Numbered from the stretch's first letter, positions 10,140 to 19,721 are shown. The stretch: 64,000 nucleotides of DNA from Chloroflexia bacterium (GCA_034436115.1 DAOTVY010000064.1:21235-85234); one strand, 5' to 3'. A program made the numbers and translations. Notes: generated from the letters alone by a model not told the origin.

Positions 10140-10541
10140 GGCGGTGCCCACGGCCCAGCCGACGCTCGAGCCCAATGGTGGGGGGCCCAGAGCGCGTTTT
10201 TCTGGCGGGGGTTCAGGGGGAAGGCGGTTGCCGTGTCAGACCAGTGCCGCCAACGGCGTGGGGTAGCCCGGTCTGTGGGCGGTTGTTCCCTCCTGGCAGA
10301 GGGCTGGCCTCGGAGCGTCCGGGGAACCGGGGCAGCTCGCGCCCCTCGGCCGGCGCCCGTCAACGGGGCCGGGAAATGCCCGCTTCCCTGGAGGGCCTCG
10401 AATTCCCACTACCGGGGGCCGAGGCAACGCTGGCGCCTACCTTCGGGCGGAGGAAGCCTTGGGACAAGCAGGGCCTTGCGCCGGGGGCGAAGGCGATGGC
10501 AGGCGCATGGCGTACCCTGGGGATGTGGGTGTTCAGGGTGG

Positions 10542-10570
10542 TTGCCATTAGGTTCAGGCTGTGCTATACT
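10542..10570 (+). promoter_or_regulatory. Promoter TTGCCA-17-TATACT for the NarL-type two-component operon
   Basis: Hexamers with 17-nt spacing about 25 nt upstream of the GAGGAAA RBS and ATG 10596. Confidence 0.5.
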
Positions 10571-10595
10571 GAGACCAGAACGTGAGGAAACGCCC

Positions 10596-11651
10596 ATGGC
10601 TGGGTTGCTACAAGCCGAGGGCCCGGCGGAGAAAAGCGGCTACCTGACGCAGGCCGAGACGCTGGCGGAAAGCTTCTGCAGCAAATTGCGCGATCTCCTG
10701 GAGGCCGCGACCCGGCAACGGAATGCCCTGGAGGCGGAGCTCAGGCAGCTGGCCCGCCTGCGGGACGAAGTCGAAGTACGGCTGCGGTTCGCTCGCGAGG
10801 GAAACGCGCCCGCCGATCCCCAACTCCAGGAGAAACGAGACGCCCTCTGGGCAAACGAGCAACGGATACGCCAGGCGCTGGCGGAAGCCGAAGAGCATAC
10901 ACGGCGGCTCGAGCTGTTGTTGCGTCACGTCCAGATGAGCGCCCGTTCGCTTCGCTCGTCGCCGGCGGGCCAGCCGTACGACCCCTGGGAGATGGCCCTG
11001 CGTTCGCAGGCACTCTACGGGCGGGAGGCAGAGCGCAACGCCTTAGCGCGCGAGGTGCATGACGGGCCCGCGCAACTGTTGGCTTCCTTGGCATTGGGGC
11101 TGGAACAGCTGCGGGGGCACCTTTCTCCGCAGGAGGTTGCGCGAGAGGGCCTGGAGCGCCTGTTGCGGGATGTCCGTTGGGGCCTTCAGGAAGCGCGGCG
11201 CCTGATCTACGAATTGCGTCCATCTCCGTTCTCTGGGGAGACGCTGGGCAAGCAGGTCGAACGGTATGTTCACGATTTGGAAGCGGCCTATGGAATTGCG
11301 GTAGAGCTCCGTTGGGCGGATGCGCCGCGCGAGTTAACCCAGGAAGAGAAGGTGGCTGTTTACCGGATCGTCCAGGAGGCGTTGCGCAATGCCCACCGGC
11401 ACGCGCGCGCGAGTCGCATTGCTGTGGAAGCGTTTGCTGCGCCCACCGGCTGGACGGTCCGGGTCGTAGACGATGGCATCGGATTCGACCCTGACCTCCT
11501 TGGACAACAGCAGGATCATTGGGGCATCCGAGGGATGCGTGAGCGTGCCCAGCTGATCGGAGCGCAGCTCCGGATCGAGAGCCGTCGGGGCGAAGGGACG
11601 GCCGTGGTGCTGCATCTCCCTGAGGTGCCCGGTTCCACGGAGAGAGGATGA
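10596..11651 (+). CDS. Cytoplasmic sensor histidine kinase, NarL/DegS-type (HisKA_3 + HATPase_c) with N-terminal coiled coil
   Basis: H-box EVHDGPAQLLASL and an HATPase C-terminus. The ATG start follows GAGGAAA, and a TTGCCA-17-TATACT promoter lies upstream. The ORF-track extension to 10233 is Arg/Gly/Pro-rich junk. Confidence 0.8.
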   Translation: MAGLLQAEGPAEKSGYLTQAETLAESFCSKLRDLLEAATRQRNALEAELRQLARLRDEVEVRLRFAREGNAPADPQLQEKRDALWANEQRIRQALAEAEEHTRRLELLLRHVQMSARSLRSSPAGQPYDPWEMALRSQALYGREAERNALAREVHDGPAQLLASLALGLEQLRGHLSPQEVAREGLERLLRDVRWGLQEARRLIYELRPSPFSGETLGKQVERYVHDLEAAYGIAVELRWADAPRELTQEEKVAVYRIVQEALRNAHRHARASRIAVEAFAAPTGWTVRVVDDGIGFDPDLLGQQQDHWGIRGMRERAQLIGAQLRIESRRGEGTAVVLHLPEVPGSTERG

Positions 11652-11652
11652 G

Positions 11653-12390
11653 ATGATCCGAGGGAGCGAAGTGCTGACGGTTCTGATTGTCGACGATCAT
11701 CCGTTGTTCCGTCAAGGCGTCCGGGCGGTGTTGGAACGGGAGCCCGATCTGCGGGTCGTTGGCGAGGCCGGGGATGGACAGGAAGCGATCCGACTGGCGG
11801 AGCAATTGGCCCCCGACGTGGTGTTGATCGACATCAGCCTGCCCGGCCTGAACGGATTGGAAGTGACCCGGGTGATCAAACGCCGTCAGCCGCAGGCGGG
11901 CCTGATCGTGCTGACGGTCTACGAGGACGATGAGCAGCTGTTCAATGCGATCAAAGCCGGGGCTTCGGCCTATTTCTCCAAGGACATCCAGCCGCAGCAA
12001 CTGGTGCAGGTGATCCGGGAGGTTGGTCGAGGCACTTATCTGATCGACGAGCACGTGTTTGGCAAGCCTCACATCGCGGCCCGGGTGCTGAACCAGTTCC
12101 GGGAACTAGCGGCCGCGGAGGAAGAATTGGGCTCCATTTTCTCCCCGCTGACCAGCCGGGAGATCGAAATCCTCGATTGCATGGCCCAGGGGTTAACGAA
12201 CAAAGAGATCGCCGATCGGCTCTACATCAGCAGCCAAACGGTCAAGAACCACGTCACCGCGATCCTGCGCAAGCTTCAGGTGAACGACCGTACGTCTGCA
12301 GTCATCTATGCGCTGCGCCGCGGCTGGATCCGGGTCGCGGCACCAGGTCCGGCGGAGATTTCCCCGAGCAGCGAAGCCGGGGATGAATGA
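11653..12390 (+). CDS. NarL/LuxR-family response regulator (REC + LuxR HTH)
   Basis: [12 protein letters not shown] receiver signature and C-terminal [36 protein letters not shown]. Confidence 0.9.
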   Translation: MIRGSEVLTVLIVDDHPLFRQGVRAVLEREPDLRVVGEAGDGQEAIRLAEQLAPDVVLIDISLPGLNGLEVTRVIKRRQPQAGLIVLTVYEDDEQLFNAIKAGASAYFSKDIQPQQLVQVIREVGRGTYLIDEHVFGKPHIAARVLNQFRELAAAEEELGSIFSPLTSREIEILDCMAQGLTNKEIADRLYISSQTVKNHVTAILRKLQVNDRTSAVIYALRRGWIRVAAPGPAEISPSSEAGDE

Positions 12391-12416
12391 GGCACAGCCG
12401 AACGAAGGAGGGTTCC

Positions 12417-13346
12417 ATGCTAGTCATCGCCGAGAACATCCAGATCCGTGCCGTTCGGGTACAGCAGGCGATCGAGAATCGGGATGGGTCGTTCTTCCAG
12501 GAGTTGGCCCGACGGATGGTCGCTGCTGGAGCCCATGTGATCGACCTGAACATCGGCCCTCGGAAGAAAGACGGTCCAGAGGTGATGGCCTGGCTGGCCG
12601 GGACGATCGCAGAGGTTGTTGACGTGCCGCTCTCCTTTGACACGACCAACCTGGACGCGATCGAGGCCGGCCTGAAGGCAGTGCCCGGCCGTAAGCACAT
12701 CTTGAACCCGGGCTCGATCGCAGGCAACCCCGAGCGGACGGAGCGCGTCTTCTCCCTGGCCGTGGAGCACGGGGCAGGGGTGGTGGCGCTGACGCTGGAG
12801 CAGAGCGGCATGCCGGCCACTGCGGATGCCCGGATCAACATCGCGATGGAGCATCTGATCCCGGCGGCGCAGCAGTACGGCCTTCCGATGGAAGATCTGT
12901 ACATCGACCCCGTGGTGCTCACGGTCAAGGGGATGCAGGAGCACCCTAAGGAGGTCATCGAGGCCGTTCGGGCGTGCAAGTACCTCTGTGAACCGGCCCC
13001 CAGGACGACCTGTGGGCTTTCGAACGTTTCGAACGGCGTGCCCCACGAGAACCGGAGCCTGATCAACCGCACCTTCCTGGTGATGCTCCTGGCTGCTGGC
13101 CTGGATTCGGCCATCTGTGATCCCTTCGACCGGCAACTGATGGAGTGGCTGCGGATCGTAGAAGAGCGCGATGCCAGCACACCGGTGGGGCGCGTCCTCT
13201 TGCGCCTGTACGATGCCATCCAGGGCATGGGCGAGTTCGGACCGCAGGATGTGGACCTATCCGATCCAGCACAGGCGGAGATCTACAAGACGGTGCGCGT
13301 GCTGCGTAACGAGGTGATCTTTGCCGACGACTACCTGCGCTTCTAG
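12417..13346 (+). CDS. Pterin-binding domain methyltransferase (MtrH/AcsE-like methyl-tetrahydrofolate:corrinoid methyltransferase family; DHPS-like fold)
   Basis: A GAAGGAGGG RBS precedes the ATG. Motifs VIDLNIG, LSFDTTN and HILNPGS are consistent with a pterin-binding TIM barrel. Confidence 0.65.
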   Translation: MLVIAENIQIRAVRVQQAIENRDGSFFQELARRMVAAGAHVIDLNIGPRKKDGPEVMAWLAGTIAEVVDVPLSFDTTNLDAIEAGLKAVPGRKHILNPGSIAGNPERTERVFSLAVEHGAGVVALTLEQSGMPATADARINIAMEHLIPAAQQYGLPMEDLYIDPVVLTVKGMQEHPKEVIEAVRACKYLCEPAPRTTCGLSNVSNGVPHENRSLINRTFLVMLLAAGLDSAICDPFDRQLMEWLRIVEERDASTPVGRVLLRLYDAIQGMGEFGPQDVDLSDPAQAEIYKTVRVLRNEVIFADDYLRF

Positions 13347-13363
13347 CTCCGAGGAGGGGTGGA

Positions 13364-13750
13364 TTGACCGGTGAGGCGGTAGCCCGGCGGATTGCTGCCC
13401 GGGTACGGGAAGGGAAACTGCCCTGTGTGGAAGCCTTTGCCCTTGCCGAGGAACTCGGGATTCCGCCAGCCGAGGTGGCCGCTATTGCGGAAGCGGAAGG
13501 GTACCGCATCGGGTGGTGTCAGTTGGGCCTGTTTGGGGGCCGGGGGAAAGAGGCCCCGGCTGTCGCTGCGGTCGAGGTGCCCTTGCCGCTGCGCGAGCAG
13601 ATCCAGGCGCATTTGGAGGATGGGCATCTGCCCTGTCCTTCGGCGTGGGGGATCGCCCGGCGCTTGGGCGTGGAACGGATCGAAGTGGGCCGAGCCGCGG
13701 ATGCCCTGGGGGTGCGGATCAGCCGGTGTCTTCTGGGCTGTTTCTCCTGA
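13364..13750 (+). CDS. Small protein composed of two ~55-aa internal repeats, each with a conserved Cys (unknown function)
   Basis: Repeat 1 is GKLPCVEAFALAEELGIPPAEVAAIAEAEGYRIGWCQLGLF. Repeat 2 is GHLPCPSAWGIARRLGVERIEVGRAADALGVRISRCLLGCF. GAGGAGGGG RBS. Confidence 0.5.
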   Translation: MTGEAVARRIAARVREGKLPCVEAFALAEELGIPPAEVAAIAEAEGYRIGWCQLGLFGGRGKEAPAVAAVEVPLPLREQIQAHLEDGHLPCPSAWGIARRLGVERIEVGRAADALGVRISRCLLGCFS

Positions 13751-13767
13751 GGCCGGGGCTTGCGGGG

Positions 13768-14706
13768 CTAGTAGGTTCGCTCCACGACACGCCGGGCGAT
13801 CTCCTCGAGCGGGGAGCGTTGTTCCGGCTCGGTGACCACCTGCAGGTGTTTGAGGGCCTGTTCATAGTAGCGTAGCGCTTCTTCCCGGGCCAGTCGAGGC
13901 CCGGAGGAGTTCTGTACCCGCTGCAATACGGCCGCGAATTCCTCTGGCGGGAAGGGCTCCCCAAAACGGGCCACAGCGCGCCGGAGCAGGCCGTCGCTAT
14001 CGTCGTGGGCGACGGCATAGATCAGGGGCAGGGTGATCAGACCTCGGCGGAGGTCTCCCCCCGCCGGTTTGCCCAGGAGATGCTCGTCGCCCACATAGTC
14101 GAGCACGTCGTCCACGATCTGGAAGGCCATGCCGAGGGCATAGCCGAAAGCGCCCATGGCGGCCACGGTTTCCTCCGCCGCCCCGCCGCAGATGGCGCCG
14201 ATGCGCCCGGCTGCGCCAAAGAGGGAGGCCGTCTTCCGGCCGATCTTGAGGCGATAGCTTTCTAACGCCACCTCAAGCGGTTCCACCTGATCCACGGTGC
14301 TGATTTCCCCCTCGCAGATGGCCACAGCGGCTTCGGCGATCGCTTCCAGCACGCGGATCTCTCCCGTGAGCGCAATGGCTCGCGCGGCCAGGGCAAAGAG
14401 GTAGTCTCCGACCAGCACCGCGGCGTCGTGGTGCCACTTCTCATGGATCGTCGGCTGGCCACGCCGGTGGGGCGATTGGTCGATCAGGTCGTCGTGTACC
14501 AGGCTGGCGGCGTGCACCAGTTCCACTGCCGCTGCGGCATAGACCGTCTGGGGGGCAATCGGCCGGCCGCCCAGCTGAGCCGCGCGGAAAACCAGCGCGG
14601 CACGCAGCCTTTTCCCTCCGGCAGAGAGGAGGTGGCGGGCCGGCGCGGAAAGCCATAGCACAGGGGATTCCACCAGTCCCTGCATATAGGCTTCCAGGCG
14701 GGCCAT
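13768..14706 (-). CDS. Polyprenyl diphosphate synthase (trans-isoprenyl diphosphate synthase family)
   Basis: Both Asp-rich motifs are present (LVHDDLID and FQIVDDVLD). The start is taken at MARLEAYMQG (312 aa). The 653-aa ORF-track version is a spurious upstream extension. Confidence 0.85.
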   Translation of the reverse strand: MARLEAYMQGLVESPVLWLSAPARHLLSAGGKRLRAALVFRAAQLGGRPIAPQTVYAAAAVELVHAASLVHDDLIDQSPHRRGQPTIHEKWHHDAAVLVGDYLFALAARAIALTGEIRVLEAIAEAAVAICEGEISTVDQVEPLEVALESYRLKIGRKTASLFGAAGRIGAICGGAAEETVAAMGAFGYALGMAFQIVDDVLDYVGDEHLLGKPAGGDLRRGLITLPLIYAVAHDDSDGLLRRAVARFGEPFPPEEFAAVLQRVQNSSGPRLAREEALRYYEQALKHLQVVTEPEQRSPLEEIARRVVERTY

Positions 14707-14759
14707 GGCTTCTTCGATGCCGGTCAAGGAGTCCGCTCCTGCCACGCCTTTGGCCCTCC

Positions 14760-15074
14760 CTAAGGCATCACGGCAACCGTACGCGCTGCGCTCCAGAGGC
14801 GCTCCAGCTGGTAACGGTCGCGCTGGGCCAGGTTGAAGATGTGCAGCACCACAGAGCCAAAGTCCATCAGGATCCAGCCGCTTTCCGCCGTGCCCTCCAC
14901 ACGGCGCGGGGGCGCGTTTTCCTGTTCCGTCCTCTCCAGCACTTCGTCCGCGATGGCTTCCAGTTGACGCTCGCTCTCGCCGCTGCAGATCAGGAAATAG
15001 TCGGCGATCAAGGAAATGCCCCGCAGGTCCAGCAACACGATGCGGCTGGCTTTCTTGCCAGCCACCCACTCCAT
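14760..15074 (-). CDS. rsfS: Ribosomal silencing factor RsfS (Iojap family)
   Basis: ISLIADYFLICSGESERQLEAIADEV...DFGSVVLHIF...RYQLERLW matches RsfS. The start is uncertain: the ATG (MEWV) lacks an SD, while an in-frame ATC sits 6 nt after a perfect GGAGGAGG. Confidence 0.75.
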   Translation of the reverse strand: MEWVAGKKASRIVLLDLRGISLIADYFLICSGESERQLEAIADEVLERTEQENAPPRRVEGTAESGWILMDFGSVVLHIFNLAQRDRYQLERLWSAARTVAVMP

Positions 15075-15272
15075 CAATCGGTTGGCCAGTTCCCGAGGTT
15101 CGATCGTGTGCCTCCTCCGAGATCTGTTCGGGCACATAGGGAACGCCCGACCCCCAAAGGTCGGTTCGCAGCGGATTATACACCAAAGGAAACGCGGCGG
15201 CAACTGGCGCTTGCAGCGCGTGGAGGGGTATTGTACAATAGCCCACCAGGTAAAGACCGAAGGAGGATAACG

Positions 15273-15485
15273 ATGGCCCAGGTGCCGCAAGAGATTTCCC
15301 TGGAAGAAGCCTGGAAGCTGGCCATCCAGCGGGAAAAGGAAGCCCAGGAACTGTATCGCGACCTGGCGGAGCGGGTCGCGAGCGCGGAAGCGCGCGCCCT
15401 GTTCGCGTTCCTCCTGGAGCAAGAAAAGGAGCACGAGCGGAGGCTGCAGGACGAATTCGATCGCGCTTTTGCTCCAGAGTGGTAG
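15273..15485 (+). CDS. Small ferritin/rubrerythrin-like helical protein (70 aa)
   Basis: GAAGGAGGATAACG RBS. EEAWKLAIQREKEAQELYRDLAE...EQEKEHERRLQDEF resembles a rubrerythrin/DUF-type di-helix. Confidence 0.45.
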   Translation: MAQVPQEISLEEAWKLAIQREKEAQELYRDLAERVASAEARALFAFLLEQEKEHERRLQDEFDRAFAPEW

Positions 15486-15509
15486 AGAGGTTTTTGAGGG
15501 GAAAGCCGG

Positions 15510-16895
15510 ATGACCGGGCAGGAACTCCAGGCGCTTCTGGAGCAAGGGGAAGGGGAGACGCGCGTCTTCCTTCCGAGCCATAGCCGGCGCAGTGCCCTGG
15601 GAGAGGCGCTGGTCGCGCTGGCGAACACCCGGGGCGGCTATCTGGTGGTGGGCGTGCAGCGCTCGAAAAGCCGGGGCGGAGGTGTGGACACACCCGAGGA
15701 AGCATGTCGCGCCCTGCTGGAGGCGGCACAAGGTTGCCGCCCTCCCCTTCCCCTGCCGGTGCCAGAGGTGGTGCGGGTTGGGGAGCTGGCGTTCGTGGTG
15801 GCTCAGGTGCCGAGCGGTCTGGCCCACGTCTACCATTGGGAAGGGCGTTACCTGCACCGTGTCGGCGCGGCGACGCTTCCGCTGGAGCCGGGCGAACTCC
15901 GTGACCTGCTTCTGGAACGGAGCGAGGAAGGGTTCGATGGGCGGATCGTGCCTGGGGCGACGTGGGACGAGCTGGATATGGAGGAAGCCCGGGCCTACGC
16001 CCTGGCTTCAGGAGCCGATTCGACCGACCTCCTGGCCTGGTTGCGGGAGCGAGGGTGTGTCCGGGAGGTGGAAGGCATTGTGCGCCCCACGTATGCCGGG
16101 GTGCTGCTCTTCGGGCATAACCCGCAGGCGTACCTGCCCCAGGCCCGGATCCTCCTGGTCCATCGCGCCGGCACAGCAGAGGACGAAAACCTCCTAGCCT
16201 GCGAGGAAGCCGGCGGCACGCTCCCGGCGCAGGTCCGCCGGGCGGAGGCCTTTCTGGTGGAACGGATGCACCGGGGCCGGATGTGGGTGGGCGATGAGCG
16301 GGTGAGCGTGCCCGAATACCCCGTGGAGGCCGTGCGCGAGGCGCTGGTCAACGCCGTGGTGCATCGGGATTATGCCCGGCAGGGCGAGGAGATCCGGGTG
16401 ACGATGTGGGCGGACCGCATCGAGGTCTACAGCCCGGGCCGGCTTCCCGGATCGTTACGGGTGCAGGACCTCCCCGCGGCCCGATACGTCCGTAACCCGC
16501 GCATTGCCCGGATCCTGGGCGAGCTCGGCCTGCTGCAGGGGATCGGGGCGGGCGTGGGACGGATCCAGGCGCTCATGCGGGAGGCGCGCCTCCCGCCGCC
16601 GGAATGGCAGGAGAGCAGTACGGGTGTTCGGCTGGTCCTGTATGGGCCGAAAGGTGTGCCGTTGAGCACCTTTATGGCGGATCCGCAATCGCTGGCCCGC
16701 CTGGGGTTGAACGAACGCCAGGTGCAGATCGTGCTCAGCCTGAACGAACGAGGCCGGCTGACCAGCCGCGAGTGCCAGGAGCTGTGTCCCCAGGTGAGTG
16801 CGGAGACGTTACGCCGCGACCTGGCGGACCTGATCGCCCGTGGCCTGCTCCTGAAGGTCGGGGAAAGCCGGGCAACCTACTACATTTTGCGCTGA
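15510..16895 (+). CDS. AlbA_2/divergent-AAA (Schlafen-like AAA_4) + HATPase_c_4 + C-terminal wHTH putative transcriptional regulator
   Basis: Architecture typical of the 'ATP-dependent DNA helicase RecG C-terminal-like' family. The C-terminus LNERQVQIVLSLNERGRLTSRECQEL is a winged helix. Confidence 0.65.
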   Translation: MTGQELQALLEQGEGETRVFLPSHSRRSALGEALVALANTRGGYLVVGVQRSKSRGGGVDTPEEACRALLEAAQGCRPPLPLPVPEVVRVGELAFVVAQVPSGLAHVYHWEGRYLHRVGAATLPLEPGELRDLLLERSEEGFDGRIVPGATWDELDMEEARAYALASGADSTDLLAWLRERGCVREVEGIVRPTYAGVLLFGHNPQAYLPQARILLVHRAGTAEDENLLACEEAGGTLPAQVRRAEAFLVERMHRGRMWVGDERVSVPEYPVEAVREALVNAVVHRDYARQGEEIRVTMWADRIEVYSPGRLPGSLRVQDLPAARYVRNPRIARILGELGLLQGIGAGVGRIQALMREARLPPPEWQESSTGVRLVLYGPKGVPLSTFMADPQSLARLGLNERQVQIVLSLNERGRLTSRECQELCPQVSAETLRRDLADLIARGLLLKVGESRATYYILR

Positions 16896-16913
16896 TGCCG
16901 CAGGCGGTGTGGG

Positions 16914-17405
16914 ATGATGAAGGCAAGGACGGTGTTCGTGGTCTTGGGGTTGCTGGCGGTTCTGGGCTGTGCGGGCGGGGCGTTGAAGAAAGGGGATCCT
17001 GCACCGGAGCTGGTGTTGGAAAGTCTGGACGGGAGCACCGTGCGCCTGAGCGACTACCGTGGCCGGCCGGTGCTGATCAACTTCTGGGCCTCATGGTGCG
17101 CGCCGTGCCGTGAGGAGATGCCGGAACTGCAGAAGGTGTTTGCCGCCCAGCAAGCCGACGGCCTCGTGATCCTGGCGGTGAATACGACCTTCCAGGATCG
17201 AGTGGAAGATGTGAGACGCATGCGCACGGAGCTGGGGCTGACCTTCCCGATCCTCCTCGACCGGGACGGCAAGGCGGCGGCCGCCTACCGGGCGAGCGCC
17301 TGGCCGACAAGCGTCTTTGTGGACCGACAGGGACGCGTCCATCTGGTGCAGGTAGGTCCGATGAGCTGGCGCTTTGTGGAGAGCGTGCTCAGGGAGATCC
17401 GGTAG
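16914..17405 (+). CDS. TlpA/ResA-like thiol:disulfide oxidoreductase lipoprotein (redoxin)
   Basis: Lipoprotein signal LAVLGCAGG and a thioredoxin-fold active site WASWCAPCREE. Confidence 0.85.
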   Translation: MMKARTVFVVLGLLAVLGCAGGALKKGDPAPELVLESLDGSTVRLSDYRGRPVLINFWASWCAPCREEMPELQKVFAAQQADGLVILAVNTTFQDRVEDVRRMRTELGLTFPILLDRDGKAAAAYRASAWPTSVFVDRQGRVHLVQVGPMSWRFVESVLREIR

Positions 17406-19086
17406 GGAAAAAGAGCTGCTCGAGCAGCCGCCGCACTTCCCACAGGGACAACCATTTCCCCAGATACGATCCGTCGACGACTACCTCAAAGTGCAGGTGG
17501 GTTCCCCGCTGGGACCCCTCGGCCCCTTCCGAGGTCCCTGAATTGCCCGCATAGCCGATCACCTGCCCCTGCTGTACGAGCGTCCCGGAGATGACCTCAT
17601 CCGGGATGCCGGCCAGGTGAACGTAGCGCGTGACCAGGCCGTCGCCGTGGTCGATCCACACCTGCCGGCCGCGGAGACGGTCGAGGATTTCCGGGGGCGT
17701 GCGGTGCAGCCGGACGCACTCGGCGACGAGCGCTTCCCACTCGTCCAGGGTCATCTCCTGGTAGCCGTGATCGGCACGGATGACCCGTCCCGCGGCCACG
17801 GCGAGCACCGGCGTGCCGTAAGGGATTTCCACGCCCGCTGTGCCCCCGTACAGGTCTAGCCCTTGATGGATGCCAAAGCGGTAGACCCGGGGACTTCCGG
17901 GAAGAAGGGAGTCGCGCTCTGGGAGATACTTCAGCCCGGCGATCGGCGGGATGAACGGCCCCAGCGCGCTCAACCGGCGCAGGTCGTCCGGCCGCTCTTC
18001 GGGCAGGGGGCCCTCGGCACCACGGATGGAGTAGGTCTCCCCATAGCCAGGGTAGACGTACAGCGCCCCGGGCGTGCTCAGGTACAGGCGTCCTTCCCAG
18101 AGGAATGCGCCACGCATCTCGACGCTTTCGTCGGCAAAGGCAAGGACGGCTAGCGGCCGGGCGGAGCTTCGCTCGAGCGCCTGAAGGCGATGCCCGTCGC
18201 GATCGATCACCAGGATGACGTCACCCCCATTCGGTGCGAGGTACAGGAAAGTCGGGCGCTCGAGCGTCGCGGCAAATGCGGGATCCGGTGCGGCGGAAGC
18301 GCCCAGGAAGCGGAGCAGGCCCGCGGGCCCGTCCTGTCCTTCGCGCAGGAGGACGTACACGTCGCCGTCAACCCCCAGGCCGATCCCTCGCGCGAGGTCC
18401 GGCACGCCCTCTTCCGGCAGGTAACTTTCCCGGACCCCGTCCCCGTAGGGGTGTCGCCAAATCTGGCGGTAGCCGGTATCGAGGAGGTAGATACGCCCGT
18501 CAAAGGCAGCCAGAGCGGGAAAGACCGGGTTGGGGGAAACGCGGCGCTGATCGATCGGCCGTTCCAGGCTCCACTGCCCGCTCGCCGGATCGTAGCCGTA
18601 TACGTCTCCCCGCTTGTCCAGAAGGAAAAGGCGGTTGCCATCGGTGGTCAGCGCGATGAGCTCCCCAATCTGGAACTCGCCCACGCGCCCCTCTCCTGGA
18701 TAGAACCGTGCAGCCGCAGCTTCGCCCTGTAGCGGGATGGCGACCAGTTCCCCGGCGTCGATCAGGTAGGCGGTCCCGGCAACGATCGCAAGGCCATGGG
18801 GATGCGGGAGGGCACCGGGCTCGAGCTGGTAGCGGTCGGTGTTTTCCGGGCTTAGCGTAACCGTTCCAGTGAGCAGGCTTGGGAGAGGGGGGAAGGGGGG
18901 TGTGGGGGTAGCCGTCGGATACGGGGTGGTCGTCGGGACCGGGGAAGCGGCCGGGAGGGCAGAAGGGAAAGCCGAGCTGGGAGATGATAGAGGGGGCGTT
19001 CCTCGGTCACAGGCTGCAGGAAGAAGGAGCAGCAAGAAAAGCAGCCGCGCTAGGGCAAAACGGGGCAAAGCCGAGAGGGTGCTCAT
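17389..19086 (-). CDS. Secreted M23-family metallopeptidase with N-terminal signal peptide, Pro/Thr-rich linker and a large middle (possibly beta-propeller-like) domain
   Basis: C-terminal LytM motifs (GLDLYGG, HGDGLVTRYVHL, GNSGTSEGAEGSQRGTHLHFEV). The start MSTLSALPRFALARLLFLLLLLPAAC (ATG 19086) overlaps the rex stop as ATGA. Confidence 0.8.
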   Translation of the reverse strand: MSTLSALPRFALARLLFLLLLLPAACDRGTPPLSSPSSAFPSALPAASPVPTTTPYPTATPTPPFPPLPSLLTGTVTLSPENTDRYQLEPGALPHPHGLAIVAGTAYLIDAGELVAIPLQGEAAAARFYPGEGRVGEFQIGELIALTTDGNRLFLLDKRGDVYGYDPASGQWSLERPIDQRRVSPNPVFPALAAFDGRIYLLDTGYRQIWRHPYGDGVRESYLPEEGVPDLARGIGLGVDGDVYVLLREGQDGPAGLLRFLGASAAPDPAFAATLERPTFLYLAPNGGDVILVIDRDGHRLQALERSSARPLAVLAFADESVEMRGAFLWEGRLYLSTPGALYVYPGYGETYSIRGAEGPLPEERPDDLRRLSALGPFIPPIAGLKYLPERDSLLPGSPRVYRFGIHQGLDLYGGTAGVEIPYGTPVLAVAAGRVIRADHGYQEMTLDEWEALVAECVRLHRTPPEILDRLRGRQVWIDHGDGLVTRYVHLAGIPDEVISGTLVQQGQVIGYAGNSGTSEGAEGSQRGTHLHFEVVVDGSYLGKWLSLWEVRRLLEQLFFPTGSP

Positions 19087-19721
19087 GCAGGCTCCCCACT
19101 GGAGGCCAGGTAGTACGTCATGCTCTCCAGGGCGGCCAAGGGGTCCATCTGACGTACCCACACGCCCTCGGGCACCTTGAGGGTTACCGGAGCATAGTTC
19201 AGGATCGCCCGAACCCCGGCGCGGATCAGCAGGTCGGTCACCTCCTGGGCCTTGTCCGGCGGCACCGCGAGAAGGGCGATGCGGATGCCCATCTCCGGGA
19301 TGATATGTCCGATCTCGGTGTCGTTATGGACGGTCAAGCCCTGGACGCGGGTACCGACCTTGCGCGGGTCGGTATCGAAAACGGCGACGATGCGAAAGCC
19401 TTCTTCGGCAAAGCCCTGGTAGTGGAGGAGGGCGTGCCCCAGGTTCCCCAGGCCAACCAGGGCCATCGGCCAGGTGCGGTCCACACCGAGGATACGGCGG
19501 AGTTGTTCCAGAAGCACGGGCACGTTGTAGCCGATGCCCTGTTTGCCAAAACCGCCGAAGTACGAGAGGTCCTTACGGATTTGTGCGGCCGTCAGGTTCA
19601 GCATCTCCCCCAACGCCTGGGAGGAAACGATATCGATCCCCCGGTCGCGACAGGAACAGAGGGCGCGGTAGTATTGGGTTAGACGTCGCACGGCGACATC
19701 GGGCACGGATCGCGGACACAT
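19083..19721 (-). CDS. rex: Redox-sensing transcriptional repressor Rex
   Basis: Winged helix plus Rossmann fold (ALVGLGNLGHALL). Family signatures RLTQYYRAL and IRKDLSYFG. Confidence 0.9.
   Translation of the reverse strand: MCPRSVPDVAVRRLTQYYRALCSCRDRGIDIVSSQALGEMLNLTAAQIRKDLSYFGGFGKQGIGYNVPVLLEQLRRILGVDRTWPMALVGLGNLGHALLHYQGFAEEGFRIVAVFDTDPRKVGTRVQGLTVHNDTEIGHIIPEMGIRIALLAVPPDKAQEVTDLLIRAGVRAILNYAPVTLKVPEGVWVRQMDPLAALESMTYYLASSGEPA

Noticed and set aside
10233-10595. N-terminal 121-aa extension of the NarL-type kinase ORF
   Set aside because: Arg/Gly/Pro-rich, with no SD at 10233. A TTGCCA-17-TATACT promoter and GAGGAAA RBS precede the internal ATG at 10596, which gives a normal cytoplasmic HisKA_3 kinase.
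14707-15729. Upstream extension making the polyprenyl synthase 653 aa
   Set aside because: The extension is Pro/Arg/Gly-rich and overlaps rsfS on the same strand in another frame. The conserved protein starts at MARLEAY (312 aa).
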